Shown here one piece after another: positions 23,825 through 34,965 of a DNA stretch of 64,000 nucleotides. The stretch covers positions 868,001-932,000 of the forward strand of contig OZ237756.1 of NCBI GenBank assembly GCA_965178125.1, written 5' to 3'. Origin of the DNA: Bilabrum cf. latius. Lineage: Eukaryota. A program made the translations under genes and the position numbers. The stretch's first letter is position 1. Each line of letters starts with the position of its first letter. Under the pieces are notes generated by a model, which was given only the letters and a program-made list of their open reading frames with translations, was not told where the DNA came from and did not search any database.

Positions 23825-26800
23825 ATGGCCTCGCCAGCAGGCGGGGGAGCTGCGGCCCGCGGTCAGGAGCTCTCGAATGCGGCATTTCAGGGGGATACCA
23901 CCCTCGTCGCCAAGCTGCTTTCCGAGGGCGTCCCGATCAAGGCGTACGACGGAGACGGTTTCTGTGCCATCCATAGGGCATGCGTGACGGGAAACGTTGA
24001 GATGATCAGCTTTTTGATCGCGAACGGCGCCGGGCCGAACGACGGCGACCAGTACGGAGATTCGCCCATGCACTACGCGTCATTCTGTGGGCACCAGAAT
24101 GCAGTGCAGGTGCTCATGGACGCTGGGGCAGATCCCTACCTCAAGTCAAAGGACGGGAAGACGCCGGCCGAATCCGCCGCGGAGGAAGGCCATGCGGAGC
24201 TGGTCCGGTACATCACCCAAAGGGTCAGTCCCCCCGACGGGATGAGCTTGACCCCGAAGGCACCCTCGGCCCCCGCCCCCATGGTGGGGCCACCCCCGGG
24301 GAGTGACAGCCGAGGCCTGGACTTTACCACGGGCGTGCTGATCGAGGGCATCCTCTTCAAGAAGAGGGCCAACAGGGTGGTGCGCTGGCGGCAGAAGTAC
24401 TACGTGGCCAGCTCCAAGTACAACGCGCTGTACTTTTGGACGGGGCAGGACCGGGGGGACATCGAAGGGGTCATCAAAAAGGTTCGGTTCGAGACCATCA
24501 TGGCCATCAAGTTGTTTCCTGACAAGCACGAGGGCAGGCGCTGGGACCTCAAGGTGGTCACTGGCAGGGTCATGCAGCTCCTCTCCCAGACCCAGGACGA
24601 GGCACGGAAATGGGTCGAGGTGCTCTCGAGGCACCTGGCGGAGCCCATGGGTGCCATCAGGCTGCAGACCGTGTGGAGGATGTACAAGGCCAAGAAGAGG
24701 CTGCAGAGGATCAGGGTGCAGAGGGAAAGGGCCATTTTCGGGAGTGCGGCCGGTGAGGCCTCCGGTGGTGCGCCAGGAAGCCCGATAGCCGCGGCTGGCG
24801 GTGCCTCCGCTGGCCCCGCGATCATCATGCAGGGCGAGCTTCAAAAGAAGAACAGCAGCGTGGCAGCGAGTCTGCTGACCGCCTTCAGGTCCCGGTTCTT
24901 CGTCCTCGATCGGTCCAAGAGAGCGCTCCTCTATTGGAACTCCAAGCCGCTCTACACGATGGGCCACGAACCCTCTAAGATCCCCATCCTCAACTTTGCC
25001 CAGTGCCAGGGAGTCAAGGACGCATCGGGGGGGCCCTCCAAGCGTTTCTATCTGACGGTTACAACCGGCCGCACGTTCGAGCTGCATGCCGCCACGGGGG
25101 CAGAGGCACAGCAGTGGGTGACTGCCATCAACAGCGTGATGCCCAAGAGGCACATCGCCGCCACACAAGCGCAGAGGGCAGTAAGGGGGATGCTTGCCCG
25201 GAAGAAGGCAGCGAGACTCAGAGAGGCGCGAGAGAAATCCAAGGGCGAGGTGGCGGCCAAGTACGGCATGTCTCTGGCAGACGCCAGCGTGCACGCAACA
25301 AGAATCCAGGCGTGGATCCGGATGCGGCTCGCCAGTCGCAAGTACCTGGCCCGCATCGAACAGAAAAAGGCCACGGCCCGCAGGCGGGAAGAGGCGAAGA
25401 AGCACCGGCTGTACCTCAAGTCTGCCTCCAAGGGGGAGGGCAAGGGCAAGGGAGGCACAGCGTCCGCTGGCCTCACCAAGCGGATGGAGAAGCTGCTCCG
25501 GCTCAAGGCACTCAAGGAGGGCAGGGACCCTGACGAGGCCATCGCAGCGGCAAGGGCAGAGCACGGGGTGGGCGACGAATCTCCTGTCTCTCCCACCGCG
25601 GCAGGGCTTGAGGACTGGGTCAGTCACGAGGACGCTGCCTCTGGCAGGCCTTTCTGGCACAACAAGGTCACCGGCAAGACCACCTGGTGCGACCCCGCCG
25701 CGCCCCGGTGGAGGGACTGGGTCGAGATGCCGGAGCCCACCTCGGGCAAGCTCTTCTACATGAACGAGGCCAACGGCAAGACCCAGTGGAAGCCGCCCAA
25801 GGGCTGGCCCCACGGCAAGGGCGGCAAGAAGAAGGGCAAGGGCAAGAAGGGGAGCAAGGGCTCCGCCGTGGTGCGCAAGGAGACGAGGGAGAGGCTGAAG
25901 CCCAGGCACATCGCGCAGAAGGACGGCGATGGGGACGTTTTCTATGCCGACACCGAGACTGGGACGACAGCGTGGGACAAGCCGGAGGGGTTCGACGAGC
26001 AGTTCCCACCGGTGGGCAAGTGCGCCCGCTGGCAGGAGATGGAGGACAGCAGCGGCAGCGGCAAGAAGTTTTTCTTCAACGCGCAGACGGCCGAAACAGT
26101 GTGGAAGAAGCCGGAGGACTTTGACGCCTATGAGACCGTGGAGGTGCGGGAGCCTGCAAGTGGAGCTGGGGCGGGCGACGGTGATGACGAAGAGGACGAG
26201 GATGACCTCGCGCTGCCCGAGGGCTGGGAGGCGGTGGCTGACGAGAGCACGGGCAAGACGTACTACTTCAACAAATCCACCGGCAAGACCCAGTGGAAGC
26301 ACCCGGCCAAGAAGAAGAAGAAAAAGAAGAAGAGGAGGAAGACCAAGACCGGGGCAGGGACCGGCGCGGCTGCTGTCGCGAGCGCCCTGGATCCCGCTGA
26401 GGACCCCTCCAAGTGGCAGGCTCTCATGGACGAGGACTCTGGAAACGCCTACTGGTTCAACGAGACGATCGACGAGAGCACGTGGGAGGAGCCCGAGTGC
26501 CTCAAGAAGGCGCGGCTCGAGGCCGCGGAGGGCGAGGGCGAGGAGGACGAGGACGAGTTCGATCCCTCCGAGGTGCTTGCATTCAGCCTGTGGGTCAACG
26601 AGAAACTGGGCCTGTCAGCCGGCAAGAAGCTTGAGGAGGACGAGGACGAGGACGAGGAGGCCACCGAGATTGACGGGGTCAAGTGGGTGCAGCCGCCCGT
26701 CCTCCCTGACCCAGCCAGCGGGCTGCTGGGCCTGGCTCCGATCGATCCCCAGGAGGAGGCATCTAGGCCTCCACTGCTGCGCCGCTTGAGGAACGGCGTG

Positions 26801-28648
26801 GTGCTGTGCAAGCTGGTGAACGCGATCAGGGACGGCTCCATCGACGAGCGGGTGATCAACACCACGGCGGTGGCTGGGCGCAAGGTCATGGTGGAGAAAA
26901 CCGCCGCCGCTGCGGCTGACGGGCCGGCTTCAGGTGCCGGCGCGGCGGCTGCCGGCGGGAAGCGGCTGAGTCTCAAGGCCAAGGCCAAGAAGGGCTGGGC
27001 CAAGCTCCGGCGCAGCATGACGGCCATCCTGGAGAGCCCCGCCAGGGACAACATCAACCTGGCCATCGGGGCGGCGCAATCCATCGGGGCGGAGATCCCG
27101 CCGCATGTGACGGTGCAGGCGGTGGAGAGAGGCAGCGCAGAGGCGATCATGGCCTTCCTGTGGGCCTTGATCCGTGTGGACATGCTGCAGCAGGTGAGCG
27201 TGAGGGAGAAACCAGAGGCCGTGGTGCTGCTGGACGGGAGCAAGGGCGAGGAGCTGTCGACCCTGCTGGAGCTCAAGCCCGAGAAGCTGCTTCTCCGCTG
27301 GGCCAATTTCCAGCTGGCGAGCTACAAGGAGCAGCAGGGCGGCGATTTCCCCGAGCTCAAGCTCAAGAAGCTGGATGATGCAGACCTGGCCGATGGCCAC
27401 GTGTTCGCGTACCTCCTGAGGGAGCTAGCCGACGAGGAGGGCAAGGGCTACCTGCCCGAGGACGAGGAGCAGGCGGCTGCCATGGAACCCGCGGATATTG
27501 CAGGGAACCTTCTCTGGGTGGCGTTCCGGCTGGGCGTGTCCGAATGGTTCTCGGTGGAATCCGTGCTGGAGGGGGGCCACCAGGGCCACTTGAGGCTGAT
27601 GCTGCTGTCCCAGCTGTGGCAGTGGGCTCCCAACCTGCACGCAAGCAGCGGAAGCGCTGCGGGCAGCTCCAGCCGCAGGCGGGGCACCGTCAGCGAGTCT
27701 CAGATGAAGGAGGCCTCGGAGAGCCTTGCAACGATGATCAGGGAAGATGCCGCCGACGTGGGTCTGGGCCGAGAGGGTCGAACCATGAACTCGTGGATCA
27801 ACAGCCAGCAGATCCCCGGGGTGTTCGTGCGTGACCTGCGACAGGACTTGAAGAGCGGTGTGGTTCTTCTTAAGGTGCTGGACAACATCGAGCCGGGGAT
27901 CGTGCGATGGAGGAGGGTGAGTCTTAAGCCCAAGAACAGGTACAAGATGGTGGAGAACTGCAACGAGGTCGTTAAGATCATCAAAGCCATCAAGCTGAGG
28001 ACCACCAACCTGTCGGGACTGGACATCGTTGACGGCAACATCAAGATGATCGCCTCCGTCTGCTTCCAGCTCATGAGGTACCAGACTCTGAAGATCCTGT
28101 CGAGCGTGGCGTTCGACGGTTTTTCCGTGGACGAGGGCAGGGTGGTGGACTGGGCGAATGAGAGGGTGGAGAGGTCGACGGGCGACCCCAGCGTCAAGGT
28201 GCCCAACTTCAGCGACAGCTCGCTGAGCAACGGGATCTTCTTGCTTCACGCCATCAGCCAGGTGAGGGCGGTGGTTGACTGGGGCCTCGTGGGCGAGGGC
28301 GACGACAGGGCGACCAAGCGGAACAACGCCAAGTACCTCCTGAGCGTGGCGCGGAAGGTGGGCGCTGCCGTGTTCTGCTCCTGGGAGGACATCGTGGAGG
28401 TAAAGAGCAGGATGATTTCCACCCTCGTGGCTTCCTTCATGGTCATCGAGAAGCAGATCGAGTCCGGCTCGTATGACGCAATTGAGGAGGAGGACGATGA
28501 AGATGATGAGGAGGATGAGGAGCTGGCAGAGGCGGGTGAGGAGGCGGGTGAGTGGGACGGGGAGGAAGAAGCCAGCGGCGAGTACGTGGAAGGCGGTCTT
28601 GCCGTAGAAGAGGGCGACGATTTCCATTCGGACGATGATGACGATTGA
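23825..28648 (+). CDS. 1607-aa ANK-PH-IQ-PH-IQ-6xWW-4xCH (fimbrin/plastin-like) cytoskeletal protein
   Basis: Ankyrin motifs (GFCAIHRAC, GDSPMHYAS, GKTPAESA), two PH domains, IQ motifs, six WW motifs and plastin-type CH domains (LRNGVVLCKLVNAI, PEKLLLRWANFQL, NNAKYLLSVARKVGA, EDIVEVK). Uninterrupted ORF ending in TGA. Confidence 0.92.
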   Translation: MASPAGGGAAARGQELSNAAFQGDTTLVAKLLSEGVPIKAYDGDGFCAIHRACVTGNVEMISFLIANGAGPNDGDQYGDSPMHYASFCGHQNAVQVLMDAGADPYLKSKDGKTPAESAAEEGHAELVRYITQRVSPPDGMSLTPKAPSAPAPMVGPPPGSDSRGLDFTTGVLIEGILFKKRANRVVRWRQKYYVASSKYNALYFWTGQDRGDIEGVIKKVRFETIMAIKLFPDKHEGRRWDLKVVTGRVMQLLSQTQDEARKWVEVLSRHLAEPMGAIRLQTVWRMYKAKKRLQRIRVQRERAIFGSAAGEASGGAPGSPIAAAGGASAGPAIIMQGELQKKNSSVAASLLTAFRSRFFVLDRSKRALLYWNSKPLYTMGHEPSKIPILNFAQCQGVKDASGGPSKRFYLTVTTGRTFELHAATGAEAQQWVTAINSVMPKRHIAATQAQRAVRGMLARKKAARLREAREKSKGEVAAKYGMSLADASVHATRIQAWIRMRLASRKYLARIEQKKATARRREEAKKHRLYLKSASKGEGKGKGGTASAGLTKRMEKLLRLKALKEGRDPDEAIAAARAEHGVGDESPVSPTAAGLEDWVSHEDAASGRPFWHNKVTGKTTWCDPAAPRWRDWVEMPEPTSGKLFYMNEANGKTQWKPPKGWPHGKGGKKKGKGKKGSKGSAVVRKETRERLKPRHIAQKDGDGDVFYADTETGTTAWDKPEGFDEQFPPVGKCARWQEMEDSSGSGKKFFFNAQTAETVWKKPEDFDAYETVEVREPASGAGAGDGDDEEDEDDLALPEGWEAVADESTGKTYYFNKSTGKTQWKHPAKKKKKKKKRRKTKTGAGTGAAAVASALDPAEDPSKWQALMDEDSGNAYWFNETIDESTWEEPECLKKARLEAAEGEGEEDEDEFDPSEVLAFSLWVNEKLGLSAGKKLEEDEDEDEEATEIDGVKWVQPPVLPDPASGLLGLAPIDPQEEASRPPLLRRLRNGVVLCKLVNAIRDGSIDERVINTTAVAGRKVMVEKTAAAAADGPASGAGAAAAGGKRLSLKAKAKKGWAKLRRSMTAILESPARDNINLAIGAAQSIGAEIPPHVTVQAVERGSAEAIMAFLWALIRVDMLQQVSVREKPEAVVLLDGSKGEELSTLLELKPEKLLLRWANFQLASYKEQQGGDFPELKLKKLDDADLADGHVFAYLLRELADEEGKGYLPEDEEQAAAMEPADIAGNLLWVAFRLGVSEWFSVESVLEGGHQGHLRLMLLSQLWQWAPNLHASSGSAAGSSSRRRGTVSESQMKEASESLATMIREDAADVGLGREGRTMNSWINSQQIPGVFVRDLRQDLKSGVVLLKVLDNIEPGIVRWRRVSLKPKNRYKMVENCNEVVKIIKAIKLRTTNLSGLDIVDGNIKMIASVCFQLMRYQTLKILSSVAFDGFSVDEGRVVDWANERVERSTGDPSVKVPNFSDSSLSNGIFLLHAISQVRAVVDWGLVGEGDDRATKRNNAKYLLSVARKVGAAVFCSWEDIVEVKSRMISTLVASFMVIEKQIESGSYDAIEEEDDEDDEEDEELAEAGEEAGEWDGEEEASGEYVEGGLAVEEGDDFHSDDDDD

Positions 28649-29088
28649 AATGATTGATGACTAGCAATAGGCACGCGCGCAGTTCCCAGAATCTGGATCT
28701 AGATCGAGCCCCTCCAAGCTCTAAAAGTGTGTGACGTATAACCGTATCCCGGATGACGGGCTTAGTGTGCCTGCAGACACAGAACAGGTCTTGAATTAGT
28801 ATATATAGGCTATAGTGGCCCAATTGAAATAGCAAAAATAGTCACAATCGCAATCAAACCGGAACTGAACCGGAGAACAATCGAGACAGCAGCAGCAGCG
28901 CTGCGGCCTCGCATACAGACGGAATCGCACCGGGATTAAACCGGGGAAAGTACTCAGTAGGCGATAGAAGCCTCTGCTAGGATTCCGCACAGGCCCATCG
29001 CACCGGACCACATCCGGATCAGATCCGGATCCGGATCCAGTGCGATCCTGTTGCGACCAGGTCTACCCGGGTCAACTGGCCACCTTGG

Positions 29089-32000
29089 TCATTTTCCTGC
29101 TGCCGAGTCCACTCTCGGCCTTTCGAACTGCAGCCTGCCATCGGTGTGCTGGTAGATGATCTTCCCGAAGGACCCGGGGCAGGCAGACCAACCGTCGGGC
29201 AGCTTCTCCCCTCCGAAAAGGAACGCGGGCACCCAGCGAGCCTCCCTCGGACGATCACCCCAGCCCGCGTGCACGGGCGTGTGGTCGTGTCCAGAAGCTA
29301 AACCAGGACGGTGCCCAGAGTCAGCCTTGCCGAAACAGTCCAGCACTGCCACAAGAGAGGCACAGCATCTTCGCATCTCCTCGGGGGCGTCACCTTTTGC
29401 CAGCAGCTCCTCATGCAGGTGCCTGTCCCACAGCGAGGCCTCCCCTTCCACCAGTGGACGCACGCGATACTTCGGATAGCTGCAGGCGTAGCCGAACATG
29501 GCCCGCGTTCCCGCGCTCGGGGGCCGCAGCACAGCCATGGGCCCCGCCTCTACAGCGGCACGCTCCCACCTCTCCCTCTTGTCACCTACCCCGGCACCCA
29601 CTGCGTCCAGCAGGGAATCCTTGAAGTCGTGCTTACCCAGAATCCCGAAACTAAGCTCTTTGGGCGCGGGGGCCAGCTCGCTGCGCAGGCGCCGCTCGGC
29701 TTCGCCGATCCCTTCTGCACCACCATACCCGCCCGAGCAATCCAAACCAGCCACAAGGCATTGGCTCCGCCCCTCAGTGCCCAGACTGTTCTCATCGAGC
29801 CCGAGGGCGGCTCGCAGGACTGCCTCCTCCGCCTTGTTCTCCGGGATTCCGTACCCCCCAGGAGACAGGCGGCCTCTTGCGGGACTGGCACGGACCCCCG
29901 CTGAATGACCACGCTCGTCTATGTAGCAGCTGGCGCCTTCTTCGTCCTCGTCTGACTTGTGCTCCAGTTCGTGGTCATGGTAGATGCCGCCACCGGCACC
30001 GCTAGAGGGACCGCTCCTGCCTCTGTGTCCACCGCTGGATTGAGGATAGCGACCCCGGCCGCCAGACGCGCCAAATGCAGCAGCCGCGGTGCCCCCGATT
30101 AACCGGCAAGCTTGCCCAGCATCGCCACACATCGTAGGGGTGCAGGATTCCGCGAGCGCAGTCATGGGCAGTGGCGGGAGAGTCTGCTCGGCCTCAGCGA
30201 GCTGTAGCTGCTGGGAAGTTACGAATTGCCGCAGCAGCTGGTCGCACTCCTTCGCCTCACTTGCGTAAGTTTTCGCCTCGCTGATATCCGAAGGTCCATA
30301 GAGCATGGCGGTCAGAGCCTTGTCAGCCTCCTCCTGCGGCAGCCTGTCTCTAGGAGATGCCTGGAGCAGGCCGCGTAGCACCAACTCGAGCTCCTCGCTG
30401 CAGCTGGCTACATTTGGAAGCCAAGGGATGTCACGGTTGGTATAAGTTGGGCCCTGCGGCAGCTTGACCTCGCGTGTGCCGGACCTCTAAGCGCCTTGCT
30501 TGGAAAACAGCTCCCAAATCACCTTTGCGAAGGCCCACTCGTCACTGGACTCGTACACCTGCGCGACCTTGTCGATCAGCATTCCATGCGCGTCCTTAAG
30601 GCCCTACTGGCGGCGCATTGCGAGGTGCTCCGGCGCCACCACCATGCCCGCACCCTTGGGCAACGACTCGGAATTCGAACTGGAGAACTCGGCCTGGAGC
30701 CCGCACCCTTGGAAAGGTGTCCGCCCGCTCGGTTTCGTGCCGCCAGCACCTCCACCGGCAGCCGTGTCACTGCCAACGCCGGACCCGTATGCTGCCGTGC
30801 TCGTGCCCATGCCCGAGCCCGGGCAGTTCTACCCGTCGTCGACGAACCCCATACGCAACGTTTTGGAGGGGTCCGCCAGCAGCTCTCGCGTCTCTTCGCG
30901 ATTCGCAGCCCTGCTCGCTAGCTCGTCTTCCGCGAAATGCTGCGAACTCTGCTAGCGGCCGGTCTGCGACATGGGCTCTGGGTCGCCTTCTGGCCTACTC
31001 TTCGTATAGGCGGAGGCGGAGGCAGAGGCACTCGATGGCTCATGCCGAAGCCCACCATCCCTGAGACCCATCGGATCGCCGCCACTTTGACCTCCAGTGA
31101 TGCTGCCACCGGTAGCCCCTCCATCTTCTGGGTCGTTGCCATCGCGCAGGTCGCGATCGAGATCTTCGGCCGATACCTTCTGCATCTTCTCAATCTCTGC
31201 CATCATGTGGTTGCACCAGTGCTCCACACCGCCGCTGAAGAGAACAATGCCTTGGCTCCACTCGGCGAGCACGATCCGTCCGTCTGCCGCAAGAAAAATG
31301 TTGGCAGCGTGCACGTTTCTGTGGGCGACACCTCGTGACTTTGCGTGGTTGAGTGCCTGCAGCCCCTGCTTGAGCCACAGAGCCGCTTGACGAGACGAAA
31401 TGAGCCCGCCTGCTGCCCAACATGCCTCTGCTGCGTCCTTGAGCGTCGTTGGCAGGCGTTCCTGTACCGTCCACAGGATTTTCCGCGACTTTGCCCATGC
31501 CAGTTGCCTCGGTGACCAAGGCATGCGATCGTCCTGAATGAGATCCGAAGATCCAAAGAACACGTGTTGCATTGACTGCACGTTGGGATGGCCATGCAGA
31601 GTGACCTACTTGCTTGTCGAGTCCTTTTCCACGTCCTTCCGCTCGCCCATGAGCACGCACAGCATCCACTCGGTGTTCTGGCGCTTGGCCAGATCAGCGT
31701 CAAGCGAGCTCTTGGCATCGAGAGCGATGAAACCACGCAGGACTAGGGACTACGGGGGTGGGGCCCCGTTGTCGTGCACGCGTCCTGGGATGCTCATCAT
31801 GCGAGCCATGACCTCTGTGTGCACCTCCACTGCAAATGAAATGCCGCTCGAGACGTCAGAGGACCCGGGGCCGGCCACGATTCGGCGAGGAGATCGTTTG
31901 GCACTGCACTGGCCGCTGCCGGCTGCACCTGAAATATCCTCCTCGCGCTGTTGTTCTTCTTGTTCTTGTTCTTCTCGTTCTTCTTGTTCTTCTTGTTCTT

Positions 32001-34687
32001 CTGCGTTTGATCCGGTTGCATCGGACTCCGAGTCAGACTCCGAACCTGAATCTGCGTCAGAGTCATCCTCAGAGTCATCCTCAGAGTCATCCTCAGACTC
32101 AGACTGGGGATCATGGCCACCAGCATCCTAATTGTCGCGTGATTCAGCTCCAGCGGTCCGTCTGTCACTGCCGGCATGGGTCGCGGCAGGTACCTCTTGC
32201 CCTTGTTGATCATCCGCAACAGTGGGCTAGCTCCCCGGCCCAGTGTTGCGGTCAGGGTCCACCACAACGAATACTCCATGCGGGCCCATCAGTCGCTTGT
32301 TCTTCGGCGCACGCGGACCGGCGGCTGCGGTCCAGTCGGAGGCGAAGCTCGGATGCCACTCGCTCGGGTGCTATAGGCGCAGGTGCACCGCACGATCGTG
32401 CTATCCATGGACATCAAGCAGCAGCTTTGTGCCCTCTAGAGCGATCTCGGTCTCGTCGAATTCGAGAGCCTCAAGCAGCTCCCGGCCATCTCTTGATGCC
32501 GCCAGACAGCCGGCATGCGGCCCCTGAGCTCGCTTGTCCAACTGCATATCAGAAGCGAGGGCTTCTCTTGCCCCGGCCACCACCGCGCCTTTTCCGCCAT
32601 CAGCTGCCGTGCCATGGCCTGGGCTGTGCCGTGCCTGTGCCGGCGCCATGTGGCCTGCGCTGGTGTCGCCCGCTGCACCAGAGGCTCTCTCATCCCGCCT
32701 CTGCAGAGCTCGCCTTGCTGCAGCCTTGCGCGCAACATCTTCGTCCTGTCGGACACCTTGTATCATTTCAGCCCGTAGCATTGACTGACGTGCCAGCTGC
32801 ACCTTCAGGTGCTTTTTTTCCTGCAGCCGGGTGGCATCGACGAGCTCTAGAGCTTTCCCGATGGTATGCCGCGATGCCTCGTGGGTCTGCAACGGTGACA
32901 TGCATCAAAATACGACTCTTATGCAGGGTTGTAGGCACGCACGACAAACAGTCTACCATGGCAGTCACAACCTTGGTGTGCTCCGTGCAACAAATGATTC
33001 AGATCAATAGCTTACGGCGTCGTGGCCCCTGCTGTCGGCTCCCAGCAGGATGAGCTGCTCGCAGGTGCCGACATGCCCGTTGAATGCCGCCCAAAACAGG
33101 GCCGTGCGCTATTTCTGCGAGGCGGTGCATTGACTGTGCAGGTATTGCAATGAGTGAGCAGCATGGAGAACATGCGCGCACCTGCCAACTATCATTCAAT
33201 GCAGCTGTCTTCCATGTCCGTCGCGCCCACCGGTACTGGGCCATGGGCGAGCCTCGGATAAATCAACGCAAACTAGTAAGTATCCATACTGATACACTCA
33301 CTGGGTCTTTGTCATCGACAGGAAACCCACCCTCTTCGATCAGCATGCGGCACACTCTTGCATGACCTTGCTGTGCTGCAGCGACCAACGGGCTTTTGCG
33401 CTGCGATGTGACGCCGAGGAAGGGAAACTGAAGAGTACTCGCGAGGAACTTAAACAGCAGGACCCGAACGGTCATGATTGTACCGCCGATGCTCACCGCT
33501 TGTGAACCCCCAGTGGCGATCGCCTTCAGGAGCTCAGAGCACACTGAGGCATGGCCGAAATACGCCGCGTGCCACAGTGCCGTGCACCCTTCCTGCGTGC
33601 ATTAGTCGAACAAAAGATGACACCACCTATTCGTACCCATGGAGCGTCACGGGCACCGGTGCTCGAACTGTTCTTCTCTTACGTTGTCCTCTCGGTACAC
33701 GTCGGCACCCCTTGCGACCAGCAACTTGCAGACAGTGGTGCGGCCTCGGCGCGCCGCTGCAGAAAGAGGCGTGCTTCCACTCTGCTAGTGATCAGCAGAT
33801 TTAATTAACAGCATGTAGCGCAGATGTGTGCGCGCGTGAGTGTGGGCAACAGCCTAGTCTACCCTTGTGACATCGGAGCTTGTCAGAGGTCCTCAGAAGC
33901 AGTTCATTATACAACGCAAGCGATCAAAAGAACGCATGGCCATGGAGTACTATTGCAGTTCGAATGCATATAGCATCAAATAGCTGGCACTGGCCAGGTG
34001 ACACAGCCGTCAGCAAGTACCTACTAGTAGGGCGACAGGCACGCACCCAGCACCTCTCTCGCTCACCTTGTCCGCCTTGTTCACGGGTGCGCCCAGTTCG
34101 CAGAGCCTGCGCACGCAGTCATTATGCCCTTTGTATGCACTCCAAAATATGGCAGTCCTACCGTCCTGTAATATGGAGGAGTATCGAGTGAAACTCATGT
34201 CTTGCGTAGGTATACTGGCAGTACCGACTGCACCAGACACGTTGCAGCCGTGCCGGTCCCAAGGTTTCGCTGGACCGATGAAGGCGGCGCAACAACAAGA
34301 TGACAAGCCCAATATGTACACATAATGAGCTCTCATATCAGGTTGCTGCAATTCTACTCACTGTCTTGTCTGCAATCTCCAGGATCCCGGGATACCGACT
34401 TCCAAGTCCCATTAGTTCGTCCAGACGGCCTTCTTTCGCTGCAACGAATATACCAGTATCCTCCCTGCAACATTTCAACATGCCTTAATGCAATGTATCA
34501 AACAAATTCCTTCAGGAGGCAGTAATGACCTTAAGTGCTGCGGCCACGTTACATCTCGCATTGGCCAGTTGCAGCAAAACACAAACCCATGCATGCTTGC
34601 TCAATGGGAAGTATCGAGCATACTTTCTCACAAATCTCCAGGAGCATACCTAAGAGATGCAGCATCTCGCGCTCTTCTTTCGGCCAT
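29089..34687 (-). CDS. Ankyrin-repeat / pseudokinase / WW protein, 8 predicted exons
   Basis: Exons 34687-34650, 34464-34362, 34165-34067, 33781-33683, 33592-33497, 33400-33302, 33114-33016 and 32886-29089, all GT-AG and phase-compatible. Six ankyrin-like repeats; kinase-like HPNV..HRNVHAANIFL..LAEWS..APE..DEWAF; C-terminal LPDGWSAC..GKIIYQH..QFERP (WW-like). About 10 in-frame TAGs; stop is TGA. Confidence 0.75.
31948..32104. repeat. 9-bp and 12-bp acidic coding repeats (EEQ)n and (SEDD)n
   Basis: ttgttcttc-type and tcctcagagtca-type arrays within the pseudokinase gene. Confidence 0.8.
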
Positions 34688-34965
34688 TGCGTTATTATTC
34701 TATATCCTAAGGAGTGAATGAATCCTCCGGCAGCATTGTGAAACTGCACTGCACTGTACTGCATCCTAATCCATCCGGAGCCAATTTATTGCCCTTTGAC
34801 CAGCCGGCCATAGGCCAAGTCTAGATAGAGTGTTGCCGCGCTCTTTCTAAACGATGCTCAATTGAATGTCGACCTGATGTTAGGAATTATGGAAGCCAAA
34901 ATCAAGCAAACGTCCGTCGCTGGCTCCACTGAAGTCATCCACCGTGGGAATCCCCAACCGACAGA

